Part shown: positions 10,286 through 20,703 of the stretch, piece by piece
Position numbering within the stretch: the first letter of the stretch is position 1
Layout of the letters: each line of letters starts with the position of its first letter
Source: Methanotrichaceae archaeon
Lineage (GTDB): Archaea; Halobacteriota; Methanosarcinia; Methanotrichales; Methanotrichaceae
Assembly: GCA_963748825.1 (NCBI GenBank)
Contig: CAVVKN010000018.1
Coordinates: 1-64,000, forward strand
Reading direction: 5' to 3'
Length of the DNA: 64,000 bases
The notes under the pieces: model-generated
What the model saw: only the letters and a program-made list of their open reading frames with translations
Databases searched by the model: none
Told to the model about the DNA's origin: nothing
Program-made: the position numbers and the translations under genes

Positions 10286-11275
10286 ATGGTTAATACTATG
10301 ATTTCCTTGCCCCAGCCATGCTCCTCGAAAAATCCCATGCACTGCACAGAGGTAAATCTTGCCAAGCTATACAGGGAAAGCAAGAGCCTATTTCCTGCCC
10401 AAACCCTCATCAACTCCCCTGAGATGGAGATCATGGACGGAGTAAACTGGTCTTTTGATCCCGGCACATTGACCATCTGGAATAACCGCTACTGGAAGGG
10501 CTTTTATCCTACAGATTACGATCTTAAAAATCTGGTCCTGATGTATGGTTTTGGTTTTTATAAGAGATTCTGGGCAGATAAAGGTGGATCAAAAGGCCAA
10601 AAAATAAAGGGTGAGACGCATCCCTATAGCTCCGATATCCATGCGGCCAACGAGGCTATTGATGTGGATCTCTCGGAAAAGGGCAAGGCAGTATACATCA
10701 AGTATCAGGATTTTCCCTTTAACAACTTCGACGACCTATTGAAGATCCTTGACAAAGATACAGTCATTGGTGAGGCTTTTGTGTCTCTTCGAGATCCTGG
10801 GCGAGGTCTATCCATATTTCACTTTGTCCTCTCCAGAAGGTACTCCGCGGATTTCCTGACCCAGGCCGACTGCCAGTTCATCTTCCAGTCCAAAGCAAAG
10901 GAGGTAAAGATGGAGGAGTTTTTAGGCACCTGGGACCTGCAGCTGGTATCCAATGCAGCTCTATCACCGCCTGTTCTGCGCTGCAAATTCTATAAAAAAG
11001 GCAGCGATCTGTTGGCAGATTTTATCCAGGGTGGAAAGCTGCCGCAAGGAAGCAATACTGCGACTTTCGATGAGAATATGATCAGCGCCTTTGACCTGCC
11101 TTCTCAAATTCTCAGCAATGAGATTCGTGAGGTAAACAAGGACCTTTTAGTGGGAATCTTAGAGAAAGCTGACAATCCCATCTTCGAGGCAATGCTTGGT
11201 TCGAAAGGATTCGTCACGAAAGGCAAGAATGGCGTCTTCCTGCCCTATATCCTAAAGCGCATCGCATCATACTGA
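10286..11275 (+). CDS. Hypothetical protein
   Basis: 329-aa ORF, co-oriented with and close to the DUF362 gene. Confidence 0.7.
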   Translation: MVNTMISLPQPCSSKNPMHCTEVNLAKLYRESKSLFPAQTLINSPEMEIMDGVNWSFDPGTLTIWNNRYWKGFYPTDYDLKNLVLMYGFGFYKRFWADKGGSKGQKIKGETHPYSSDIHAANEAIDVDLSEKGKAVYIKYQDFPFNNFDDLLKILDKDTVIGEAFVSLRDPGRGLSIFHFVLSRRYSADFLTQADCQFIFQSKAKEVKMEEFLGTWDLQLVSNAALSPPVLRCKFYKKGSDLLADFIQGGKLPQGSNTATFDENMISAFDLPSQILSNEIREVNKDLLVGILEKADNPIFEAMLGSKGFVTKGKNGVFLPYILKRIASY

Positions 11276-11315
11276 GGTTGCATCAATAGGATCAAGATTA
11301 CTTGAGGTATAAATT

Positions 11316-13625
11316 ATGAGCTTTCTGATAGATCCGCCGTTGCTGCTGCTTTCCGGTTTGGCCATTTACCTTTTGGGGAAAAGAATGCAGTGGAGCAGAC
11401 ATGCAAAGATAGTAATAGGACTGGCTATCGCCTTGATATTCATAATATTCAGCGCTCTTCTCTATATGGATATCATCCGCTGCACATTCCCGTTCTTTTC
11501 CCGCTTGAGCGGCTCGGAGTTTATGTTCCACAGCAATATCACCCACATCACAAAATCAATGGTTCCTGAGATTGTTGTTCTATTTCTCTTTCTGCTCTAC
11601 CCGGTGTGGATCTTTGCAGGATACGCATCGGCGCTGCTTATTGAAAAGAGAAGGCGTATCTCCCCAGAGATATACACTTACTCTGATGTAAAGAGCAAAA
11701 AGAGGAATAAAGGCATTAACAATGGATCCAATGGGTCCAATGCAATCACAGGCGTTAATAGTGGCATTAGCAGCGCAGGTGCTATCACCAATAGTAGAAT
11801 CGACCGCACGCAGGCGCTCCCATCGGCGTATGTCGTTAAGAGAGGCAAGGATACCAGGAAGTGTGTGATAGATGCTGTCGACTCCCTGGGCGGCATCGGC
11901 AAGTTCGTTCAAAACGGCGATAAAGTGCTGGTCAAGGTCAACATCTGTGGTGGAGTGCCTGAGAAAATAGGGACTTTCACCAGCATCGAGGTGGCCGATG
12001 TGCTGGCGGATTTGATTATATCTGCCGGAGCTGAGCCCATCTTTGCCGATGCCGACATGGTCTGGGTCAAGTTCTGGCAGGCAGCGACCGATTCCGGCTA
12101 TGTGGAATGGGCGAAGAAGAAGGGTGTTCGCCTGGTCAACCTCTCTGAAACCAATATTGTGAATTTCGACTTCGGACCGGACAGTGCTCTGGGAATGGAA
12201 AAGGTCTCCATGGAGACGATCGATGCGGATGTGATCATCTCTGTGCCCACCATGAAGACCCATCTTCTCACCGGGGTCACTCTGGCCATGAAGAATATGT
12301 ACGGCACATTCCCTGATATCGACAAGGCCAAGTATCACAAAAAGAGCATTGAGGACACCATCATCGAGGTCAATTCCGCCTTCACCCCCAACCTTGTGAT
12401 AATCGACGGCAGCATAGGGGGCGAGGCCATAGGTCCTCTCTCCGCATGCCCCGTTTACTTTGAGACCATAATCGTCTCCAATGATGTGGTCATGGCCGAT
12501 TCCATTGCCAGCCAGATGATGGGCTACGAGCCCATGGATATTGTGCACATCAAAATGGCCTACGAAGCAGGCCTTGGCGATGCTTCGGCCAGGTTTGATT
12601 TCAGCAGCCTGTCTTATCACCATGCGGGAGGAAAAGATGGAAACTGGGAGCGTCCCGATCCTCTGATCAAGGATTTTTACGAATGGGGCATCGAGCTCAT
12701 CCTGATGTTTCCCGGCTGGGATAGGCTCTTTAACATAGGTGCAGACTTCTTGCTTTACGATACAGGGCGCCTGCCAATTTTTCGTTATCTGGTGCCGGCC
12801 TTCCTCCAGCTCTTGCATGATGCCGTTTACATGAATCTGAAAGGTATAAAGAGCACAACAGGAGATATTACCAGGAGAGCTATCAATATCGCACTGATTG
12901 GCCTTGTGGCATTAGGCTGCGCTATCGGTTATTATTGGGATGGATATATCTGGCGTTCCAGCCTCCTGTTTGAGCTAAGCTTATTGATGGCAATAGTCGT
13001 TGCCGCCCTGGCTGCCGTCAGGATGAAGACAATGCATCTGATTGCGTTGCTGGCAATATCGGCTCTGGTTTGTTACATTGTTGAGCATACCAATATATCG
13101 GCAGGGCTTCTTAAATACGCCGGGAGCGCTGATGTATCGCTTTTTACCATTTCCGGCTGGATAGTAATGATGGTTGTCATTCTGCAGCTTTCCGACTTTT
13201 TAACGAGCTGGCTGAAGGGACTTGCCATCTTTAAAGAAATACGGAGCTGGAAGCTCCTTCCTTTTGCTCTGATTCTAATGATCTTTGCCCTGTTCTTTTA
13301 TTGCGAGGGGTACCTGGCCATTGCCGATATTAATGTACTGGTAATGTATACAGTAATTGCGGCCATTGGTATACTCTATTCCTGGAAGCACTCCATTGAA
13401 TGGAATGCCTCCCTGGTAGTAGTTAGCGTGGCAGTCGGTGGCTTCATGGAGTTGATAGGCTCAATGGCTGGTTATTGGCATTACCACTTCCCCGAGACTC
13501 TGGCCGTATTTTTTGCCCTGAGTTGGGCAATGAACACAATGGCGGTTCACGGATTTGCTTACCTTTTGGGTATAGATCTGGGGGCATACGAGAAAAGGGG
13601 TCTCCTATCCAAAAAAATAAAGTGA
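11316..13625 (+). CDS. DUF362 domain protein fused to N- and C-terminal multi-pass membrane domains
   Basis: GDKVLVKVN, ISVPTMKTH, GVTLAMKNMYG, IIDG motifs; many hydrophobic helices. Confidence 0.85.
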   Translation: MSFLIDPPLLLLSGLAIYLLGKRMQWSRHAKIVIGLAIALIFIIFSALLYMDIIRCTFPFFSRLSGSEFMFHSNITHITKSMVPEIVVLFLFLLYPVWIFAGYASALLIEKRRRISPEIYTYSDVKSKKRNKGINNGSNGSNAITGVNSGISSAGAITNSRIDRTQALPSAYVVKRGKDTRKCVIDAVDSLGGIGKFVQNGDKVLVKVNICGGVPEKIGTFTSIEVADVLADLIISAGAEPIFADADMVWVKFWQAATDSGYVEWAKKKGVRLVNLSETNIVNFDFGPDSALGMEKVSMETIDADVIISVPTMKTHLLTGVTLAMKNMYGTFPDIDKAKYHKKSIEDTIIEVNSAFTPNLVIIDGSIGGEAIGPLSACPVYFETIIVSNDVVMADSIASQMMGYEPMDIVHIKMAYEAGLGDASARFDFSSLSYHHAGGKDGNWERPDPLIKDFYEWGIELILMFPGWDRLFNIGADFLLYDTGRLPIFRYLVPAFLQLLHDAVYMNLKGIKSTTGDITRRAINIALIGLVALGCAIGYYWDGYIWRSSLLFELSLLMAIVVAALAAVRMKTMHLIALLAISALVCYIVEHTNISAGLLKYAGSADVSLFTISGWIVMMVVILQLSDFLTSWLKGLAIFKEIRSWKLLPFALILMIFALFFYCEGYLAIADINVLVMYTVIAAIGILYSWKHSIEWNASLVVVSVAVGGFMELIGSMAGYWHYHFPETLAVFFALSWAMNTMAVHGFAYLLGIDLGAYEKRGLLSKKIK

Positions 13626-13765
13626 GTCTTTTTTTTTATAATTATAATTTTTTGTGAGTTTGCCTCAATTTATCGTTATTATGATGCCGAAAACGGATTT
13701 AATGTTTTTCTTTATTTTAGTTGATAATCTTTAAATATGTTGATATTCAATATAGATAGAAGGAG

Positions 13766-15259
13766 ATGGTTTTAATGGCATTTATGGATCAGATTTTTCA
13801 TTCATTTGGGTTATACAGTCCCAATCTAATTGGGGCATTGGTCGTTCTAATTGTCGGATGGCTGGTTGCCTTGATAGTGTCTTCTATTGTCGGCAAGGCG
13901 CTGCAAAGAACCGGCATGGATGAAAAAATAGCGAGAAAGGTTGTTGGAGAGCAAAGGGCTCCGGGCATGCAACCACATCGATGGATCTCCAAGATAATCT
14001 ATTATGTGCTGTTGTTCTTTGTATTTGTGGCATTTTTCCAGGTCTTGGGCCTGACTTTGGTGGCAGAGCCGCTCAATCAGTTGTTGACTGTAGTATTCTC
14101 GTATCTTCCCAAGCTCTTTGCTGCACTGGTGATCGCTGTCATTGCCTGGGTCATTGCCACAGTGCTAAAGAAGATAGTTCTAAGAGTGCTCATGACCGCA
14201 AAAGTGGATGAGGGCCTCGGTAGCAAAACCGGTCTGGATAAAACGAATATGCCTTTAAGCCAAACCATAGCGGAAATTGTCTTTTTCCTGGTATTGCTTC
14301 TATTCCTACCCATGATCCTAAATGCTCTGGCTCTAGGCGGACTACTGGAGCCTTTGCAGCTTATGATCGGCAAAATTTTGGGATTCCTCCCTAATCTGCT
14401 GGCAGCTGCTATCATCCTCATAATCGGATGGTTTATAGCTCGCATCCTGCAAAAGATAATAACAAACCTGCTCATTGCCATGGGGAGCGAAAAGCTGAGC
14501 GAAAAAGTGGGATTGGCAAAGGTTCTGGGCAGCCAGGGTCTAGCAGGTCTTATCGGTCTGGTAGTCTACATACTGGTACTCCTTCCTGTGCTCATCGCTG
14601 CGCTGCAGGCTCTGGCAATAGATGCCATCACTCTGCCTGTCTCCAATATGCTAGCTCAGATGCTTGCCATTCTGCCGAATTTATTTGGAGCAGCTCTAGT
14701 CCTGGCCGTGGCTTACATATTGGGAAAAATCATTGCCGAATTGGCAGTCAAGCTCCTTGCTGGGCAGGGATTTGATTCTTTGCCGGAGAGGCTTGGTCTA
14801 GCCAGGTCGCCTGTTGAGGGGGCGAGGACGCCGTCGCAGATGGTCGGCTACATTGTAATTGCGGCTATAATGCTCTTTGCCCTGATCGAAGCGGCTCAGA
14901 TACTGAAATTTGCCTTGCTGGCAGATATAATCTATGAGTTCACGATCTTCGCCGGACATGCCCTCATGGGCCTGATCATATTCGCTATAGGCATTTATTT
15001 GGCCAATATTGCCTTTAATGCCGTGATATCCAGCGGCATGAGCTCCTCCAAATTGCCGGCTCATGCGGCCAGGATATCCATTCTGGCGTTTGCCGGGGCC
15101 ATGGCTCTGCGGCAGATGGGACTGGCCAATGAGATCATCAACTTGGCATTCGGCCTGCTGCTGGGAGCCATAGCAGTGGCAGTAGCTCTGGCATTTGGAC
15201 TGGGTGGAAAGGAAATTGCTGCGCAGGAGATCAAGAAATGGTTGGAGGGCATGAAATAG
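13766..15259 (+). CDS. Conserved TM-helix repeat / small mechanosensitive channel-related protein (CmpX-like)
   Basis: Repeated LPNL.AA..I..IGW helices; C-terminal ALAFGLGGKE. Confidence 0.85.
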   Translation: MVLMAFMDQIFHSFGLYSPNLIGALVVLIVGWLVALIVSSIVGKALQRTGMDEKIARKVVGEQRAPGMQPHRWISKIIYYVLLFFVFVAFFQVLGLTLVAEPLNQLLTVVFSYLPKLFAALVIAVIAWVIATVLKKIVLRVLMTAKVDEGLGSKTGLDKTNMPLSQTIAEIVFFLVLLLFLPMILNALALGGLLEPLQLMIGKILGFLPNLLAAAIILIIGWFIARILQKIITNLLIAMGSEKLSEKVGLAKVLGSQGLAGLIGLVVYILVLLPVLIAALQALAIDAITLPVSNMLAQMLAILPNLFGAALVLAVAYILGKIIAELAVKLLAGQGFDSLPERLGLARSPVEGARTPSQMVGYIVIAAIMLFALIEAAQILKFALLADIIYEFTIFAGHALMGLIIFAIGIYLANIAFNAVISSGMSSSKLPAHAARISILAFAGAMALRQMGLANEIINLAFGLLLGAIAVAVALAFGLGGKEIAAQEIKKWLEGMK

Positions 15260-15361
15260 AGATATAAAGAAATAGTTATGATGCACTTTGGATATTCTTT
15301 TTTTTTGCTTTTAGATTTTATAGCCGCTAGTTATTAATATAGATATTAAACATAATTGTAA

Positions 15362-15940
15362 TTGAAACTTATGAAAAGAGGGCGACTTGATTTTGAGATA
15401 AGAAGGAAGCTTTTTCACACTCTATTTGGCCTTTTCCTGATATTCACTCTATTTTATTCTGGTCGAAATAGTTTAATTATTTTTTTGATCATTTTTCTTA
15501 TTTTAGGCTCTATACTGATAGTATTAATGCAACAAGGTCGAAAAATTCGCATCGCAGACTGGTTTGAAGAGAAATTCGAAAGGGAGAACGTCAGGTTCCC
15601 GGGCTATGGAGCTTTCTGGTATGTTGTGGGAACGCTGCTTTTAGCTCTGTCCCTTAACAATGCCAATGAGATCGCGGCAGCAATTGTGACTCTGGCCGCT
15701 GGAGACTCCGCCGCCACAATTTTCGGCATCCGAGGTCGGCACCCGCTTCCCTACAACCGGATCAAAACCTTGGAGGGATCAGTTGCATTTTTTGTCTTTT
15801 CTCTGCCAGCTTGTCTGTTTGTGGGCTGGATAGGCATAGCGCTGGCAGCAATAGCTGCAATTGTGGAAAGTCTTGCTACACCGGTGGACGATAACCTCTT
15901 AATTCCCATAACGGCCATATTATTTTTTATAATAATTTAA
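15362..15940 (+). CDS. Dolichol/phytol kinase family (CTP-dependent) membrane protein
   Basis: RKLFH, GDSAATIFG, KTLEGS, DDNL. Confidence 0.88.
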   Translation: MKLMKRGRLDFEIRRKLFHTLFGLFLIFTLFYSGRNSLIIFLIIFLILGSILIVLMQQGRKIRIADWFEEKFERENVRFPGYGAFWYVVGTLLLALSLNNANEIAAAIVTLAAGDSAATIFGIRGRHPLPYNRIKTLEGSVAFFVFSLPACLFVGWIGIALAAIAAIVESLATPVDDNLLIPITAILFFIII

Positions 15941-16016
15941 AAAGAAATAAATTTGAACGAGAAAAAAAGAAAGGCGAAAAGAGGAACGAAAAAGAAAAAC
16001 GGAATTGGTTTTCATC

Positions 16017-16517
16017 TTAAGCGATGTAGCAGACGCTGGACCGGTCAAAGCCTTCCACAAGCTCCAGTCCTTCATCTTCCGGCTTCCAGGATACATCCGG
16101 GTAGGCCAGATGCTTGATGAACTCGCTGGCATTGGCTGCCATCTGCGTGGCCAGATGCTCTTCTCCCAGAGCCTCTTTCGTGATCTGAAATACCTTTGAC
16201 CTCACATTTGCCTCATCCAAATAGCCCAGGGAATGGATGTATTCATGCAGCAGGACACTAAAGACATAGGGCTTGTAGAGCTCCGGGCGCGTCTCCTTGA
16301 TCCTTTGCAGCGGGATTTTATTGAGGACGATGACATTGGAGCCCGTGGTGAAGAACCCTCCGAAAAAGCCCTGCGGGTGGTTTCCCAGGTTAGCCATGCC
16401 CAGCATCAGCCCTCCCCTGCTCTTGCCCATACTCTTCAAGACCAATGATTTTACCAGTTCAAAGATATCCGGCAGGGACTTTGCCTCATCCAATCTGGTG
16501 CGGTAATCAGTGCTCAT
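16017..16517 (-). CDS. Conserved archaeal hypothetical protein with HExxH zincin motif
   Basis: LLHEYIHSLGY. Confidence 0.75.
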   Translation of the reverse strand: MSTDYRTRLDEAKSLPDIFELVKSLVLKSMGKSRGGLMLGMANLGNHPQGFFGGFFTTGSNVIVLNKIPLQRIKETRPELYKPYVFSVLLHEYIHSLGYLDEANVRSKVFQITKEALGEEHLATQMAANASEFIKHLAYPDVSWKPEDEGLELVEGFDRSSVCYIA

Positions 16518-16681
16518 TTGAAATGCATGTAGGCCAGTCTAAGTATATAATACTAACCTAAAGTTACTGATGTTTTGGTCAACACCAATATATTCATATT
16601 ACTATTATTAAATCTAAATATCAGACTAATATAATTGGCATTCAGCACCGCAAAATATCAAATGATCCCGAAAATCAAACT

Positions 16682-16940
16682 GCGTGCGGCCACCCCACCC
16701 TAAAGGGATGGGGTATGCTTCGGGCCGCACGCCCTCACGCCCGGTTTTATGGAATCCCGAAATCGTCGAGCTTTCGTTGACCAGATCCCCTTGATCAGAT
16801 TATCGTAACTCTGTTTTCGGTTCCCAGAGAGTCCTTGTTAATCAAATCTAAGAAAATATGAAAACCGGGCGAGGGTTCACTTCATCCCCGACCTGAAGGT
16901 CGGGGTATTCGTGACCCTCCGCACTCCCGATGTAATAAAA
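16682..16940. mobile_element. Non-autonomous IS200/IS605-like hairpin element (MITE/PATE-like)
   Basis: Terminal hairpins ccccaccctaaagggatgggg and ccccgacctgaaggtcgggg; internal inverted pair cgcccggtttt (16738) / aaaaccgggcg (16861); no ORF. Confidence 0.65.
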
Positions 16941-16990
16941 AGGCAGAACGAAAGGTGCCGCCAGCGCCCGAGGGCCGGCCTTCCTTTTCC

Positions 16991-17314
16991 TCATTCTCTC
17001 TGCTGCAAGAGCCCCTTCTCAAGGCCGATCTCCATCCAGGCCCAGGCCCAGATCACAGCCTCAAAAGCCCTGATAAGGTCACCCTTCTCCAGAAAATACT
17101 GGCAGTCGCGAATGTAGGCGGAGACGTTCTCCAGGAACTCTCCTTCCCCGGATACTTTGCCGTAGAGGTCCTGCGCTTTCTTTTGCCATTTCACGGTCTC
17201 GGCACGCAGATCTTCTTCCAGTTTTCCATCAGCGCCTCTCCTGAAGCTGCAGATTGGAGAGGGCTTATCTGCCTCTTCCTTATTCCTTCCCGGGCATCCT
17301 TTTTCCCTGTTCAT
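16991..17314 (-). CDS. DUF357 domain protein
   Basis: FLENVSAYIRDCQYFLEKGDLIRAFEAVIWAWAWME. Confidence 0.85.
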   Translation of the reverse strand: MNREKGCPGRNKEEADKPSPICSFRRGADGKLEEDLRAETVKWQKKAQDLYGKVSGEGEFLENVSAYIRDCQYFLEKGDLIRAFEAVIWAWAWMEIGLEKGLLQQRE

Positions 17315-17380
17315 TTCCCTAGCCCCCTTGCATTTCTCACTGCCTTCTTTTCTTTCACTCTTCAGGATTCATGCGAAATC

Positions 17381-17986
17381 TCAATTCTTGCTGCCGGCAG
17401 CAGTGTTTTGGCTATTCCGGTCATTATCGGACTTTGTGACTTTTGTCACCCGGCTCTCGCCGACCTCGACGTCAACCATGGTCTTGACATGGTAGCCCTC
17501 TGCCCTCAGCCGCTCCACGCCGTCGCCTCGCCGAACTACTACTACTATGTCCTTGACAATCGCACCCGCCACCATCAGGGACTTGAGCACAGCAAGAAGC
17601 GTTCCGCCCGTGCTGATGACATCGTCTACAACGATGACGCGATCGCCCTTATTTATTCCGTTTAAGAAGAGCTGCGACTTGGAGTAGCCGGTCACCTGTG
17701 AAACCTCGATCTCGCCGGGCAGACCGTATTTGCGCTTTCTTATTATTACCATGGGAATGTCGCAGATGATGGAAAGTGCGGTGCCTATGGGAATTCCCAT
17801 GGCCTCGACCGTCACGATCTTGTCCACCTCCAGATCGGCAATGCGCACGATATGGCCGGTAACCTCCCTGATCAGCTCCGGCCTGATTTCGGGCACGCCG
17901 TCGGTGATGGGATGTATGAAATAGTTGTATTCGCCCCTCTTGAAGACAGGAGCTTCCAGTAATGATTTCTTGAGCCTTTCCAGCAT
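17381..17986 (-). CDS. hpt: Archaeal hypoxanthine/guanine phosphoribosyltransferase
   Basis: YFIHPITDGVP; VVDDVISTGGT PRPP-binding motif. Confidence 0.9.
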   Translation of the reverse strand: MLERLKKSLLEAPVFKRGEYNYFIHPITDGVPEIRPELIREVTGHIVRIADLEVDKIVTVEAMGIPIGTALSIICDIPMVIIRKRKYGLPGEIEVSQVTGYSKSQLFLNGINKGDRVIVVDDVISTGGTLLAVLKSLMVAGAIVKDIVVVVRRGDGVERLRAEGYHVKTMVDVEVGESRVTKVTKSDNDRNSQNTAAGSKN

Positions 17987-18495
17987 AACGAGCCTCCTTT
18001 TCGTCCCGACTTGTGAATCCCTTGCACTTTAAAGATGTTGGCCCTTGCCGCTAAGGCTTAGACTGACAGCTGCAGAACAGGCCGTGGACATTGGCATTAA
18101 TTAGCATGTCATCGATCCATCATGTGATATGCAATAGTCACACCAAATAGTAGAAGAACAATTTCACCGCATACTTTATAATAGATGAACGCTGAATTTA
18201 CGTCGAATGTCGTAATTACCGCGATAATAGAGTTAGAGATCTTCTGAACCAAGGCTATCCCTTTAGATTGAATTCGGATATTCTTTGGACGTTAATGTCA
18301 AGGAGGGCTTAGTTGTATGAACAGAGTTGACAAAATAGCGATAGCCTTGGATAAAGCAAATATTCAAATAAAAATACCTTTGAGATACAAACCTACACAT
18401 TTCATTAAGGCTATTTCAATACAGGATTCTGCATTTCATCCTGGCAGTGCTTCGACGTACTGTTCTAAAAAAGATATGTTCCTGATGAGGGACCA

Positions 18496-20703
18496 ATGAG
18501 ACTCTTAATAGTATCCAATCGTCTGCCCATAACGGTGATCAAAGAAGGTGGCTCTCTGCAATTCCAGGAGAGCGTAGGCGGCTTGGCCTCGGGTCTGAGA
18601 TCATATCTGGATTCGCTTAACGGCTCCTCCATCACCAAACCCAAAATTGAATGCATCTGGGTGGGCTGGCCCGGAGTAACCGTGGAAGACAGGCTAAAAG
18701 ATTCACTGAAATCCAAAATGCAATCTGATTTTCATGCCTACCCCGTTTTTCTTTCTGAGAGGAGTATGGACAAGTTCTATTACGGTTTTTCTAACAAAAC
18801 GCTCTGGCCCCTTTTTCACTATTTTACTTCCTATGTCCAGTACGATGAGGATTACTGGATCAATTACAAGCAGGTGAACCAGAAGTTTTGTGATGCGATA
18901 ATGGAGATTGCCAGGCCCGATGATATCATTTGGGTGCACGATTATCATCTCATGCTGCTGCCAAAGCTTTTAAGAGAAAGGTCTTTGAAACTTCGCCTGG
19001 GTTTCTTTCTGCATATCCCTTTCCCGTCCTTTGAGGTCTTCCGCCAACTGCCAAGCAAATGGCGCAAAGAAATTCTGGAAGGACTTCTGGGAGCGGATCT
19101 CATTGGATTTCATACCTACGACTACTCTGAATACTTCCTCCGGTGCGTCCAGCGCATCCTGGGCATCGATCACAACATGGACCAGCTCATTGCGGGAGAC
19201 CATCTCGTAAAGGTGGATGTATTTCCCATGGGAATAGATTATCAGAAGTTTTCCAATGCAGTCATGCATCCTGATGTTCAAGAGGAAAAGGATGTGCTGA
19301 GGAGCATCCTTGAGGACAGAAAAGTTATCCTTTCCTTAGACCGTCTAGACTATTCAAAGGGAATAATAAACCGATTGCAGGGATACGAGCTATTTCTCAA
19401 AAGAAATCCACAGTGGCACGGGAAAGTTACACTTATTTTGATAGTTGTCCCTTCCCGCAGCAAGGTCGAACAATACCAGCAGATGAAGAAGCACATTGAC
19501 GAATTTGTAGGCAGAATAAACGGAAGGTGCGGCAAGATGAATTGGATTCCTATTTTATATCATTACAAGTTCTTGCCTTTCAACCTTTTAGTGGCTCTCT
19601 ATAGCATAAGCGACGTCGCCCTGGTCACGCCTCTAAGAGACGGAATGAATCTCATCGCTAAGGAGTTCATCGCCACGAAGACCGATGGAAAGGGCGTCTT
19701 AATTCTGAGCGAGATGGCGGGAGCTTCCAAGGAGGCCAGAGAGGCCATAATCATAAATCCTAATGACATAGAAGAGATTGCTGAAGCCCTGAAAGATGCG
19801 CTGGAGATGCCGGAGGAGTTGCAGGTCAGATGCAACCGCACCATACAGGCTCGACTTAAGCGCCATGATGTGATCCACTGGGCAGACGACTTTCTGCAGG
19901 CTCTCGAGTCTTTGAAAGAAGAGCAGAAAAAGATGGACGCCAGAATGCTTGGACCTTCGTCGAAAGAGAGGATCTTTAGAGACTTTCGGGAATCCAAGAA
20001 AAAGCTCTTGCTGCTCGATTATGATGGAACCCTGGTTCCCTTAGTAAATCACCCGAAGAATGCGATGCCGACAGAGGAGCTGAAAATTCTCCTCAAGCTC
20101 CTGTCGCAGCAACCGGGAATGGAGAGTGTTCTGATAAGCGGGCGAGACAGAAATGTTCTACAGAATTGGTTTGGCGGCCTGGGCGTTAGCCTGGTGGCTG
20201 AGCACGGAGTCTGGGTTCGGGAGAAGAACGAAGACTGGAAGATGCTAAAGCCATTGAATAATGAATGGAAGCCCAAGATCCTTCCATTGCTGGAGATGTA
20301 CACAGATCGACTGCCAGGTTCCTTCATAGAAGAGAAGGAGTTTTCTATAGCATGGCACTATCGCATGGCCGATCCCGAGAGAGCCTCCATCATTGCTAAA
20401 GAGCTGGTTGACGATCTGGTGAATTTCACTGCAAATATCGATGTTCAGGTGCTGCAAGGAAACAAAGTAGTAGAAGCTAGAAATGCCGGCCTTAACAAGG
20501 GCGATGCAGGATTGTACTGGACAGCTAAAGACGAATATGACTTTATACTGGCAGCAGGAGACGATTTGACTGATGAAGATCTATTTAAAGCTCTTCCCGA
20601 AGCGGCTTACACCATAAAGGTTGGAAACACTCAATCGTACGCAAAGTTTAATTTATATAACCACACAGAATTGATAAAACTATTACAGGAGTTCATCAGA
20701 TGA
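18496..20703 (+). CDS. otsAB: Bifunctional trehalose-6-phosphate synthase/phosphatase
   Basis: VSNRLP, GGLASG, WVHDYHL, DRLDYSKG, DGMNL; HAD motif DYDGTL and GDDLTDED. Confidence 0.95.
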   Translation: MRLLIVSNRLPITVIKEGGSLQFQESVGGLASGLRSYLDSLNGSSITKPKIECIWVGWPGVTVEDRLKDSLKSKMQSDFHAYPVFLSERSMDKFYYGFSNKTLWPLFHYFTSYVQYDEDYWINYKQVNQKFCDAIMEIARPDDIIWVHDYHLMLLPKLLRERSLKLRLGFFLHIPFPSFEVFRQLPSKWRKEILEGLLGADLIGFHTYDYSEYFLRCVQRILGIDHNMDQLIAGDHLVKVDVFPMGIDYQKFSNAVMHPDVQEEKDVLRSILEDRKVILSLDRLDYSKGIINRLQGYELFLKRNPQWHGKVTLILIVVPSRSKVEQYQQMKKHIDEFVGRINGRCGKMNWIPILYHYKFLPFNLLVALYSISDVALVTPLRDGMNLIAKEFIATKTDGKGVLILSEMAGASKEAREAIIINPNDIEEIAEALKDALEMPEELQVRCNRTIQARLKRHDVIHWADDFLQALESLKEEQKKMDARMLGPSSKERIFRDFRESKKKLLLLDYDGTLVPLVNHPKNAMPTEELKILLKLLSQQPGMESVLISGRDRNVLQNWFGGLGVSLVAEHGVWVREKNEDWKMLKPLNNEWKPKILPLLEMYTDRLPGSFIEEKEFSIAWHYRMADPERASIIAKELVDDLVNFTANIDVQVLQGNKVVEARNAGLNKGDAGLYWTAKDEYDFILAAGDDLTDEDLFKALPEAAYTIKVGNTQSYAKFNLYNHTELIKLLQEFIR

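Noticed and set aside
11580-12818. 412-aa antisense ORF (and similar ones at 22545-23399, 9375-10097, 16955-17665, 39388-40020)
   Set aside because: Shadow frames of well-supported genes on the opposite strand, with no motifs
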